From: the human T2T-CHM13v2.0 reference genome, Homo sapiens
Length of the DNA: 64,000 bases
Strand: one strand, 5' to 3'
Assembly (NCBI RefSeq): GCF_009914755.1
Contig: NC_060925.1
A program made the translations under genes and the position numbers. How positions within the stretch are numbered: the first letter of the stretch is position 1; each line of letters begins with the position of its first letter. The notes beneath the pieces are model-generated. The model worked only from the letters and a program-made list of their open reading frames with translations. It did no database searches and was not told the DNA's origin. Below, piece after piece: positions 1-12,295 of the stretch.

Positions 1-1163
1 TATGAGGTCATAGTTACTTATTGTTGCTTTACTGCATCTTCTTGTCCTTCAGATTACGACAAAGCGCTGATGCCAGGAAGATTAAAATAGTCTTTGTTGT
101 TGTCAAAGAGAAGGAAGCTGCATGCCAGGTAGAACTGACCAGTAGTCTTCTCAGAGAAATTAGCATCAGCAGTGGATTCCTGTTTCTCTTCATAGGACGA
201 TCTATTTTCAGAATTAAAAAAAAAATTATATGTATTAATCCTAAAAATACCTTGGTTGTAACTGAGAATTAGGACTCCTGATTCAACTGCAATTAATTTG
301 CATTGTCTGAAGATATTTCCTTCTCTTTCCTTGCTTGTTTTTTATAGTTATATAACAAGAAACATAAAAATTTAGATGTATCCACTTCAAAAAGAACTCA
401 CATTCTAAATGAGAAATGTGTAAGATAGATGAGTTACAATATTGGCCTGTATAATTCCTTAATTTCCAAGGGGCTTTTCTGCAAGAATTATTTTAAATAG
501 AACAGATCTAATATACTTAGGATTTTATTTGTAGATTACAAAGAAATAGGAAATAGTGATGGTAGAGAAGAGAAGGTAAAGAAAGAGAAAATGTTTTAGG
601 AAATAGTAGTGGTTAAAGATTAAAAAACTGAAAAAAATCCACTTGGAAAATGGTTAAGCCAAGGGAAAAATATGAAATTCACAATACATTTTAAAAATGT
701 GACACAAAATGAAATTTTTTATGGTTTGTAAGATTTAACGTGCCTTTTCCCTTGTAATGGAAGCTATGTTTTTGCACAGAGGAGAAGTATGGTATTTTAT
801 GAGAAGACATGCTATGAATGACGAAAGGCTCTATTTCAGCAAGTCACAGGCAGAAAAGTCCAAAACAATTGAATAGAACTGCAGCATTGTTGAAAGTAGG
901 TACTTTTTTTTATTATTCAACATACACTTTAAAATCTAAATATTATTGCTATGTATAAAAATGTGGTCTGTACATTTCTATGCTAAATAGCATGACTTCT
1001 TAATAATGTCTTTTGATTGTTTGGTTGTAAGAGCATAGGTAGTCCTTGCTTTCATTTTTACTATCCAAAAAATTAAACCATCTATAAGGCCCTCTACGAC
1101 CAAAGCTCTCCTTTTTCCTGTGTCTATCACAAGCACAAGGTGGGCTCTTGGGGAAGGACTTAC

Positions 1164-1218
1164 CTTGCTTGTCTACTGCAGCAGCTCTGTTTTGCCCAGA
1201 TGGCTGCAGATACACAGG
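1164..1218 (-). other. candidate 55-nt spliced exon (unknown transcript)
   Basis: Minus strand reads cctgttatttcctgtgcag|CCTGTG...CAAGCAAG|GTAAGT: pyrimidine tract plus CAG acceptor and a perfect-consensus donor, in non-repeat DNA. Confidence 0.35.
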
Positions 1219-1439
1219 CTGCACAGGAAATAACAGGCTATGAATCAATGGGAAAACAGATTTAGAAATCTGGTTATTTGAATTTTTAGTTGGTTGGAAA
1301 TTTGGCCATAGCCTCAGGTCAGAAATGGAGAGATATAAACTGAGTCTGCTCTACCATAGGTATTTGCAAAAGCTTCCTTTCTTCCTTCATTTCTAAATAG
1401 AAACATCCTTACTGTTATTTCCTCACAAGTATAGACATA

Positions 1440-2045
1440 ATATATGCTTTTTTTGGAAAAAAATAATTATGTATAGAATAGAAAGTAAAATTCTCTCCCT
1501 ATCCCCAATGTCATCCCCTTCAGTCATAACCCACTGTTAATATTTTGTTATTAATCATTCCAAATATTTTCTATAAATGTTAACACAATTTTATTTTTTT
1601 GAAACAAAAACATATGGCAAGGTTATCTTTTGCCTTAACACTGTGAATATATTAGACATCTTTCTGGATCATTACCTACAGCACTATAGCTCATCCTTCA
1701 AATAGAAGTATTATTATTTATTCAACAAATAAATACTATCGTTGATGAGATTGCTCCTGTTACACATGGTGCTGCAAGGAGTGTCTTTTCACTTACATCT
1801 TTCCACACTTACCCTTTTATTTCCTATGATAAATTCCAACAACATGGAATTGCTGGATCAAATATTGAGTATAATTTATGTTGAACATATTGCCAATGGC
1901 CCTCCAGCAGTGTACTAAATACACTGCCACCAGATATGTACACTAATGTCAAGTCTCCCACATCTTGCCCACACTGGCTATTACCAATTTTTTTAACTTT
2001 TGCGAAATTGATAGACAAAGACCAATATCTCATTTTGCTATAAAT
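1440..2045 (-). mobile_element. old L1M (L1ME-like) 3' fragment
   Basis: Degenerate antisense L1 3' motifs (ggaattgctggatca; ccccacatcttgccc acactgg; atatctcatttt). Confidence 0.6.
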
Positions 2046-2246
2046 TATGTAAATTTTTTTTTTTTAAATCAAGCCTAGTTGTGTTTTCTGCGGTAAAACA
2101 TTGTATCATTTGGCTTTAGGACTCCTGCTTTGCTCACACTCATCAGTACATTGCTGGGTGTTGTTGAATCTTTAGCTGCAGTCTATTCCCCTACCTAAGC
2201 ACAGGGGTAATTGATTTCTCTCTCTGATATAGATCCTCAATATATT

Positions 2247-2370
2247 TACACACACATAATCACAAGCCTTAATCACACATATACCACATTATATACATAC
2301 AATCACACACACATGCACACCATATCACACACAAAATCACACATGCAATCGTTCACACACACCACATCAC
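2247..2370. repeat. degenerate (CA)n / CACAT-rich tract
   Basis: Directly visible. Confidence 0.8.
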
Positions 2371-3099
2371 ATTACAGAGTGTCACTGTAAAGCAATGAAA
2401 ATGAAATCAGTGTTCTGCCCCCTAGTTCAGACACCCATCAAATTCCTGGGGCACTTCAAAAACTCCGTGATGACTGTAGCCTTTCTCACATGCCAGCCTC
2501 ATCATTTCAGTTCTCTGGAACCTCCCTCTAGAAGCTTTTTTTGCAAGCTGAGAGCTATTTCCTTCTTGCTGGACATATTTGCACTCTCACAGCACAAATC
2601 ACAAAGGCTGCAGGTAAGGATGTGGGAACTAAAGTTCTTGGGTACAAACTCAAATTTACAAGACACGGTTTACATCTGTTCTCTCTCTCATTCAAACCAG
2701 TGCATATTATTTCCCCTTGAAAAAATTCAAGGATTTTGAAGAATTAAATGGTGGAAAGGCATAAGTAGAATCCAGTTTTGTCTGGCTTTTGCTCAAAACA
2801 TTTTGATTTACCATTAGCCCAGTGTTTCTTTCCTAATGCACAGTTTTCTCTATTGATTTTTTTCCTTTGTCACCAACATTGCTCAAAACGGAACTGTTAA
2901 AATACGCTGACCTGTTTTCTTTGTTCAGAGTTCCTTAGCAATGAGACTTACACAGAACCTATCCATCAAATTCAGTATTTAATTAAAGTACAAAGTTAGA
3001 TTGGGGAAATATGAATAATAGAGCTTGAAAGGAATTTGTATATGAATGCTAGTTTTCCCTTTAGTTTTCTGTGTGTAAGCCTGGATCTAGCTCTTTAGA

Positions 3100-3340
3100 G
3101 AGGCGTTCGTGTAATAGAGTAAATTCTGAGCCAGACAGACCTGGGTTTACATCCTATGTGTGTTTGGCCACAGAATAATTTCTCTTTCTGAGCCTTGACT
3201 TTTTTCCTTTTCTTTTTGTGACAGGGTTTTACTCACGTCGCCCAGGTGGAGAGCAGTGGCGCATTCATGTGAACCTTGATTTTTTTGGCATGTAAAATGG
3301 GATTAATAAAAGTACCACTAGCTATGAGAATTAGATGAGT
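3100..3340 (+). mobile_element. MIR, interrupted by a short Alu
   Basis: agccagacagacctgggtt...tctgagcctt...tgtaaaatgggattaataa MIR core. Confidence 0.7.
3206..3269 (-). mobile_element. very short 5'-truncated Alu (3' end only)
   Basis: tttttgtgacagggttttactcacgtcgcccaggtggagagcagtggcg, flanked by tgagccttgactttt / tgaaccttgattttt TSD-like repeats. Confidence 0.7.
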
Positions 3341-3376
3341 ATTTTGTACAATATAAGACTCTACAAAATAATAGCA

Positions 3377-3539
3377 CAGTAAGTTTTCCCTTAATGTCAT
3401 TGATAGGTTCTTGGAAATGATTACTTTAAGTGAAATGATGTATTACAAAGCCATTTTTCTCATCAGTTTTAATGAAACAACACTGAACAAAAGAAAGTTA
3501 TTTAAGGACCTGTGTAGGACATTAAGTGAGGACTTACTG
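3377..3539. mobile_element. MER6-family (MER6B-like) TcMar-Tigger MITE
   Basis: Inverted termini cagtaagttttcccttaatgtc / gacattaagtgaggacttactg, then TA; internal gataggttcttggaaa. Confidence 0.75.
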
Positions 3540-3564
3540 TAATATTATTATTTTTATGTACTTA

Positions 3565-3820
3565 AACATAATTATTGAACATCTACTATGTAGTAATATC
3601 GTGCAAGGAACTAGGGGAAAAGTGGTGATTACATTTCATGATAAATGACATGGTTGCTGCTCTCAAGAAGCTTTCTCTTGTGAAAAAAAAGAATCAAACA
3701 AGGGTTTTCAACAAATGGTCATAAGGGAGAAGTGCAGGGTGCAGATGGGGTTCCCATCAGGGCCCATAGCTTTGGCTAGGACCCGATCAGAGAAGACTTT
3801 CCAGAGGGAGTGGCCCTGGG
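3565..3820 (-). mobile_element. L2 3' fragment
   Basis: attattgaacatctactatg...tgctctcaagaagctt, antisense L2 end. Confidence 0.55.
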
Positions 3821-4019
3821 CTTTCCTTAAGTTGTGTTTGGATGCGCATTTTAGTTTTCTCCCACACAGAACCTAACTTCTTTAACGCCTTGATTCAATC
3901 GGCATTTATGGATTGCTTTGTGTGAACTAGGCTCAAAGATGACTGGTCATGGGTCCTGCTCTCAAGGATTCTCATTTCTCTTGGGAGATTGAAACTGTGT
4001 ACTGTGTATATGTTGTGAT

Positions 4020-4210
4020 AATAATTATTGATGACATTTATTGTCTCTGTCCTATATGGTAGGCACTATTCAAAGTACTTTGTATGGATGAGCTCTGGGG
4101 CAAATGAACTCAAGGACTTATCCAAGTTTACACTGCTAGCAAGAGGTAGAACCAGGCATATGAACTGTGGCCATCTGGCTCCTGGACTTGAACTCTGAAG
4201 CACCACCTAC
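4020..4210 (-). mobile_element. MIR
   Basis: acatttattg...aggcactattc...gacttatccaagtttacac...gaggtagaaccagg. Confidence 0.65.
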
Positions 4211-4220
4211 ATTGTTTTAA

Positions 4221-4740
<520 letters not shown>

Positions 4741-5341
4741 AAGTTCATAGGACTTTTAAGATGGTGAGTTAGGAGAGAATCCAAGGACGCTCGATGGGAG
4801 GGAGGACTCCTGGCTTAGAGGGTGAGGAGTGACAGCAGAGTATGAGCAGGCACATCCGGCTTGAAGACATCCCCTGCTTCTTCCCGCTGTGTCTGGGCTT
4901 CCACTCCTCTCTGCCCCTTCTCAGGTTGGCCAAGACCCCCTCTGCTTTCCTGTGTTTCATCTGCACTTACTCTGGGCACAGGATTAAGGCTTGGGAGATT
5001 CCCTCTTTTTCCCTACATAAGTACAAGACACCTGTTTGCAGTTGTTTTTTCTGTTTATGGTCTTTCCTCAGCAGGATACTTGAGGCATTCCTGAGATCTG
5101 ATCTTATTTTTAAGAAAAAAAATGAAGAGGAGGATTTTTATTAATGTCAATATTTTAATCTGAAAGTTATATTACTCACTAAAGAACTTGTAGAAATATA
5201 GAAATATATAGTGATAAAAGTCACCCCTAGCTACTTTTATAGTTTGGGATAATCCCTGTATACCATTATAAAACAAGGTGTAGGATTTTAATAAACTTAC
5301 TTTAATCCTTATATATATGTGCGTATATATACAACTATGTA

Positions 5342-5387
<46 letters not shown>
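5342..5387. repeat. (TG)10(TA)13 compound microsatellite
   Basis: Directly visible. Confidence 0.95.
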
Positions 5388-5388
<1 letters not shown>

Positions 5389-5514
5389 TTCCATCACTCA
5401 TCACTTGTCAATGCTGATTGAATCAAAGCATTAATGAAGTTAGGTTCTGTATAGGAGAAAACTAAAATGTGCATCCAAACACATCTCCCTGGACTCCCTG
5501 CAATCTAAGGAAAG

Positions 5515-5516
<2 letters not shown>

Positions 5517-5564
<48 letters not shown>

Positions 5565-5570
5565 AACACG

Positions 5571-5606
<36 letters not shown>
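5517..5606. repeat. (TA)15(CA)n compound microsatellite
   Basis: Directly visible. Confidence 0.95.
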
Positions 5607-6946
5607 TGCATGTACACAGATTTTTGTATGGGTAGAAAAGATTTAAGATTCAGTCCCTATGCACTTGTCACTTCAATCGGTCCAACTCTATTGACTTCTA
5701 TATTGAATGTCTGTCATTGCAGTTGTGTTTTAATCTAAATTGACTGCTTGGGCACTGTTACCCTTTCAACATGTCTTTGTGATATAGGTAGAATCTCAAA
5801 TCCTTCCCAATTCAGTCTTACAAGTTTGCACTTTCTCTGACATTATTCTAATGTGCTAGAACATAAGGAGATTTCTCTTCTCCTGTGCATTTGCAAGTGT
5901 CTCAGTCCCTTAAGTGCATGTATTTCACAGAGCTTTTCCATGTCCTTTCATTCTTCTCCCTGTTCAATACCATATTAAGGAACTGAAATGCTAAGAAGGC
6001 ACATGAGGACATAATAGAGAAGCCAGTGGAAAAGTTATTATTGTCTGGGGATGAGATAAATACCCCTCCCAGAAAATGTATTATAAATGATGCTACCTTC
6101 TCACTGAATGATTTATTTGCTCAGCAGGGTGGATGGAAAGTGACAGGGAAACACCTGGAAACAGAGTAGTGGTAGGGAGCAAGATGAGTCACTATTCCAC
6201 CCAATTTTGGACTCTACAGTGACCTCAGCGCTTTAGAAGAGTGACTGAAATTAAAATGAGAATCTGCATTGTTCTCCTGAACTCTTCATGTGATTTATTT
6301 TGAGTACAGCAGCAACAAAAAATATCGGAAGGAATTATTTATCAATAACTTATTTATAGCAGAGAGTTTTTTCCCTTATTTTAAAAAATCTTTTGCCATC
6401 ACACTGGATATGCTGTCCCCTCTGAATTATAAAATAAGAGAAGGGGAAGCCTTCATTTCTGTGGAGATAATTGGAGTTGAAACATTTCATATGCTCTAGA
6501 GTGAAAAATGCTGAAACTAAATTATATACAAAGAACAAAGGAAGATATGCAGCGTATGTCAACTTTCTCCCTATGTTGACTATGAGCCCAATCTGTGAGC
6601 TGAAATTAAGCTTTGTCATAGCAACACTAAGAATAAAGAATTATTGAGACTTAAAGTGTTCTTGTCAGAGTAAATCTGAGATGATCTGGAGTGGGAAGGA
6701 GTATGGAGAATAAAAGTCCCTGGGAGAAATGCATTTTAACAGATACAATTCTGGAACAAATTCAGATTCCCTCTAATCCTTGGCTAGGCCTGGCAATAAA
6801 TGCGTCTTTGATTTTATATACCAAACCTCTCATACTGATCTTTTAAACTCTTCTGATATATTGATGTCAAGTCCCCATGGTTCATTTTTTGCTTAGGCAA
6901 AGTCTCCATCCATGAACTCCAACACTTCCCATACATCAAACTCTTG

Positions 6947-7877
6947 TTTTTTAACTTTTATTTTAAGTTACGGTGTACATGTTCAGGTTTGTTACATAGG
7001 TAAACTTTTGTCATGGGGGTTTGTTGTATGGATTATTTAATCACCCAGGTATTAAGTCTAGTACCCATTAATTATTTTTCCTGATCCTCTCCCTCCTCCC
7101 ACCATACACCCTCTGATAGGGCCCCAGAGTCTGTTGTTCCCCTCTATGTGTCTATGTGTTGTAATCATTTAGCTCCCACTTACAACTGAGAACATGAGGT
7201 ATTTGGTTTTCTGTTCCTGCATTAGTTTGCTAAGGATAATGGCTCCCAGCTCCACCCCTATCCCTGCAAAGGACATGATCTTATTATTTTTTATGTCTAC
7301 ATAGTATTCCATGGTGTATATGTACTGAATTTTCTTTATCCAGTCTATCATTGATAGGCATTTAGGTTGATTCCATGTCTTTGCTACTGTGAATAGTGCT
7401 GCAATTAACATACATATGCATGTATCTTTTCTTTGAGACAGAGTCTCTATTACTGAGGCTGGAGTGCAGTGACATGATCTCGGCTCACTGCAAGCATTGC
7501 CTCCCAGATGCAAGTGATTCTTGTGCCTCAGCCTCCTAAGTAGCTGGGATGATAGGCATGCGGCTAATTTTTGTATTTTTAGTAAAGACTGGGTTTCAAC
7601 ATGTTGGCCAGGCTGGTCTTGAACTCCTGACGTAAAGTCATCTGCCCACCTTGGCCTTCCAAAGCCCTAGGATTACAGGTGTGAGACACTGCACCCAGCT
7701 GCAGTGTCTTCTTTATAACAGAACAATTTATATTCCTTTGGGTATATACCCAGTAATGGGATTGCTGGATCTAATGGTAGTTCTATCTTTAGGTCTTTGA
7801 GGAATCACAACACTGTCTTCCACAATGGCTGAACTAATTTACACTCCCACCAACAGTGTATAAGTGTTCCTTTTTCT
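6947..7877 (-). mobile_element. L1PA (about PA13-16) 3' end, split by Alu
   Basis: Antisense L1 3'UTR; ORF 7169-7513 has the ORF2 C-terminus ALFTVAKTWNQPKC. Confidence 0.9.
7427..7700 (-). mobile_element. AluS (Sz/Sx-like)
   Basis: Dimeric Alu inserted in L1; L1 sequence resumes after 7700. Confidence 0.9.
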
Positions 7878-7933
7878 AATGGAGCATTTTTTAACCTTGT
7901 CTGTTACTACTGGTTGATTTCAATACCTTAGTT

Positions 7934-8144
7934 CAGGGGTCAGACTGTAAGCCAAAGCTGACCCACCACTCTTTTCAAAAATACAGTTTTACTGGAACAA
8001 AGCTTGTCAGCCCATTCATTTTAAGATTTTCTTTGGCTTCTTTTGCACTATAGCAGCAGAATTTAGGAGCAACAGGGACCATATGACCCAGAAAAACCAA
8101 AATATTCACTGTCTGGTCTTCTACAGAATGTTTTCTGGACATTG
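7934..8144 (+). mobile_element. MER58A-like hAT-Charlie MITE
   Basis: caggggtc...agttttactggaac...aaaatattcactgtctggtc. Confidence 0.65.
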
Positions 8145-8507
8145 CTAGAAGTCTAAAATGGGTTAGCAGAGCTGTGTCCCCTTAGGAGACCTCAGGGGAG
8201 AATGTTTCCTTGCTTTTTCCAGCTTCTAGAGGCTGGCTGCATTCTTCAGGTCATGGCCTCTCCTTCACCTCATTCTGACCTTGCTTTTCATGGTCACATT
8301 TCCTTCTCTGACTTTGACCCTCCTGCCTCTCTAAGAACCCTTGTGATTACATTGGGCGCACTTGGATAATACAGGATCATCTTCCCAGCTCGAGATCCTT
8401 AACTTTATCGTATCTGCAAAGTCACCTTTGCCATATCAGATGATATATTCAAAAGTTTAGGGGATTAGGATGTTGACATCTTGGGGGCCCATGATTCTGT
8501 CTACTAC
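8145..8507 (-). mobile_element. MLT1C-like MaLR LTR (partial)
   Basis: cttgtgattacattggg...ggataatacagga...tctgcaaagtc...gggattaggatgttgacatctt. Confidence 0.75.
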
Positions 8508-11037
8508 TGATGGTAAATGCTTACTGTCACCTCTGTCCAGATATCTTTACCACAACAATTTTATTGATTGCCAAGCACAGAGTACTAAGATGATTTTTAG
8601 TACTTTGTAATTTCTGTTAAAAAACAGTGGTTTTAAATTTTTTATAGGTATTTTATTTACATTTTGAATGGAAAGCATGAAATACATTTAGCACTTCAAA
8701 AAGTAGGATATTTGGGAGATGATTGGCTCTTGATTGCATTGGAAGCCAAATGAATTATTTACTGCATAAGTACAGCACATATTTTCATAAAGCAGTTTCT
8801 AAATGAACAAAGTGATTTTCTATGCCATTTTCTAAACAAAAGAGATTGATTTCACATTTTCTGAATACATGACCACTCCCACCACATGCTAGCTATATGG
8901 CATTCTCTGAAAGTTATAATATATAAGTGCAATCTGATTCATTCAACATGAAATGCACGGTTTTATAGATAATCATTTTGTCATAGGAGATGTTTCTAAT
9001 TAATCGTATCACTCATACCAGATGCATCGTTCTCCAGTTTCTAAAATGGAACCTGATTTTTGGCCAGAATAGTATAAGTTTGGTGAGTATAAGTGACAAA
9101 AATGTTGTCTTAGCATGTACAACATACCTTCAACAAATTGTCGTTTGCTTGTTGAAAATCTGGTGGCAACTTCACATCCTGGAAAAGCCTCTGGGGCCCA
9201 AATGGTTTTAGTGTTTGTGGGTGAATATGTTATGCCTCACAGAATGTTATGCTTTGTTTGGGTTTGCTTATAGTACTTTAACATAATCTCAAGTTACTCC
9301 TTCTTTACTTGCACTACAGAGTGTTCCATATCCCTGCCTCTCTCTCTTGAGCCTCAGTTATGGCATCCTCTGTTTACCTTAACTCCTGTCTTCCTTGCCT
9401 CTTGGCCCCAAAGCACTTATTTTGATATAACTCCCATTTAGCATCTGTATGGACATCTTCTGACATTTTTTCTGCCTCCCTAACTAACCTAAATGTTCTT
9501 TGAAGGCAAAGGCTGCCTTACTTCACACTAATCATAACATCCTATGCATAGTAAACACTTAGAAAACTGATGCTGATGATATCATCACGTTACTCAAGTT
9601 TTCTATTCTGGTCCTTCTCATTGTTTCATTTCATCCCCCTTTATCTCTGGATCAAATTGAAGCTGCTGATTAAATTATTTAAACAAAGCTTTGGCCATGT
9701 TGTTTTTTGTTTGTCTTCCCTCCTTTTTTCTTTCCCGTTGGCTGTCCGATATGCATGCTCTTCTTTACTATTGGGCACCAAACCGTATTGCTCCTTAATG
9801 TATCTCTGGCCACTTTCTCCAGGTAATCTTGATGAAGTTCCTTTAGCCATTTTCACCTCACCAGGACCATCTAGAGGCCAATTTTATGTTCAGCTTAGTC
9901 CTGTAATCATACCTTATTCTTTATTTTGGAAGACAGTGCTCCTGTCTGTGATTGTGGCTGAAAGGCTAATGTTCAACATCCAATTCTTGACATTTTCCTG
10001 GGTCATCATGCTCCTTCCTTGGGGTTCCAAATGCTGCTCGCTTGTAGCTCTATTTGGAAATCTTTTGATTCTGCATTGAATTGTAATGCAGAATAAAACA
10101 TAAAAGTTGGTTATTTCTCTACCCTTATTAGATTTTCAAAATTTTGCAAAAAGAGGGGATGGGCACATCTGTGGCATATCAGCACAGTACTGGGGACTAG
10201 CAGTAGGTACTTAATAGATATTTGGAATTAAAACAAAACAATCTTTTCCACCATGGAGCCAAGTTTGTCCTGTGATTAAGGACTATTTCTACAATTCAAA
10301 GAGCTGTTCTTAAATAGTAAAGCTGTCATCTTGATTCACTGCCAACCCAAGGCCTTGCTCAAAATGAATGATTTTGCTCCGTATTTCTTAAAGTATATTC
10401 TCCTACATTGTTAGAATGATAATCACTAAATACTAAATGCTTCAATAAAGTGTATAATGTGCTTCACATATTGAGAATATATTTATAGGAATCTTTATAA
10501 TTTAGTTGTATAAGTTGGGCAAGTTAACCTCTTTGTGTCTAGGTTTTTTATTGTGTAAAATGGGGATAAGTATTGTGGACAAGCCTCACAAGTCCTTTTT
10601 TTTTTTTTAAGTAATTTCTGATAGTTCTACCTTTAATTCCACCACTTTCCTCCATTCACCAAAGATTTGTTATAATATTTATGCTATTTACAGGATTCTC
10701 CAGGTTTTTCCTACAGATGGAGACAGTTTCTACAGTAGAAAGTGGTAATTTATGTGTGACGTGACCACTAGCTGGCCTTACCAATGTGTCTTTTTCATGC
10801 TTTAACTGTAGTTGGGTCAAAAGTTGGAAAACTGAGGTGATGAAATCTGTCAGAGAAGCATAGAACTATTATTTTGTGGCAATGTTAAGTGATTTTTAAA
10901 AACAGATGTTAATTGAGGTCCAAGCAGTAAATTAGTAGTTAAACCTCCCTTAGGTTTTACAAAGAGAGTTCAAGACTGACTTAAGATCCCTGTCCTGGAT
11001 TAACATGAAGTGAGACTTAAAATTAGATTGCCAAGAA

Positions 11038-11120
11038 GGTAATGTATCACCAAAGGGTCAGGTGATATATGACCAAAGGGTCAAGGTGAAAAGAGAAGGT
11101 GATATATCACCAAAGAGTCA
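11038..11120 (+). repeat. three copies of a 23-bp unit GGTGATATATCACCAAAGGGTCA
   Basis: Copies at 11038-11060, 11061-11083 and 11098-11120, each 1-2 mismatches from the consensus unit. Confidence 0.9.
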
Positions 11121-12179
11121 GGGTGCACCTTGTTTGCAGTGATATTTGTTGGGGCAGCTCTTAAAAACGAGCAAAGGTCAAAGTTGTTAATGAAGCTGAC
11201 CCCACAGGTGTGAAGCTTGTAGGTTTCAGTTCAGTTTTACCCTTCAGAGATCAGTGACAGCCAGCCCTAGAGGCACCATCTGCAGCCCTATGGGAAAGAG
11301 GTCTGATTTAGAACATGTGGGAAAGGAAGAAGTACATTTGAATTTGAAAGTTGACTTAATTATATTCTCTGCTTTCAGAGAGCTTCCCCTTTGCACATCT
11401 CACCCTTTTTCTTACCCACGCTGCAGAACTATTTTGGCATATGTTTTACCCCAAATGACTGGTTCCTATTTTCAATTCTGTATCTAGTTGAGAGATACAG
11501 ATGAGGGGTCAGGAAAGTTATTCTATGGTTTGGAGTCTTGCCAGGCTCAGTTGATATCTTTGACAAGAGCAAGGCTACTGCTCATTTCTGATGTCCCTGT
11601 CTGGGGAGCTCAAAGTGCTGTGTAGATGTTGTCTCATTCATTTTACCTGAGGCAAGTTGGAGGCATGCATCAGTGTAAAATTTTCTTTAAAGCTTCATTC
11701 ATATGAGTAAGAAATAGATAAAAGGAAAATACTGCCTATGAGTCAGAAACAGATATATTTAAGAGATGACACTGAAAAAAGCTAAGGTTTTAATAATATT
11801 TTTGCCTTATTCTCTTGGGACAGATGAGGAGGATATAATCACAGGGCAGGTTTCACTGAGGAAGTTGTTATAAAGGGCAAGAATATAGTGCAGTGTTTAG
11901 TTTAAAGAGGGCAGCTTATAGCTGTATATCCATTCAATATATCCCAGAAGATTGGCGATAAATTTAAGACAATGTCTCCAAGTTGATTGGGCATATATTT
12001 CCAGCTTTGCTGCCTCCATTCTTTTGTTATTGGCCAACAAACCTCCTATTTTAATTTTTTATTTTTGGATAGAATTAACTGGAGACACTGTAGAATCTTA
12101 AACTTTTATGATGCTGTTTTTTCTGCCACATTATAAAAGTATTAAATTAAGAATCAACAAATGTAAATTACTTTTTGTT

Positions 12180-12295
12180 CTGCTGCTGTGAACCTTGAGT
12201 GGGAGCAATACTAAGCATCTTAGACCTGAGTTCCTTCATGTATAAAATGAGAAGGAGGAACCATATCACCTCTAAGATCTCTTCCAGCTTTGCAG
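12180..12295 (+). mobile_element. MIR3-like fragment
   Basis: cctgagttccttcatgtataaaatgag...acctctaagatctcttccagct. Confidence 0.55.

Noticed and set aside
9570-10079. 169-aa hydrophobic ORF
   Set aside because: No recognisable domain; composition reflects T-rich DNA; no supporting gene structure.
11038-11120. CRISPR-like palindromic repeats
   Set aside because: Primate DNA, only three copies, no regular unique spacers, no cas genes.
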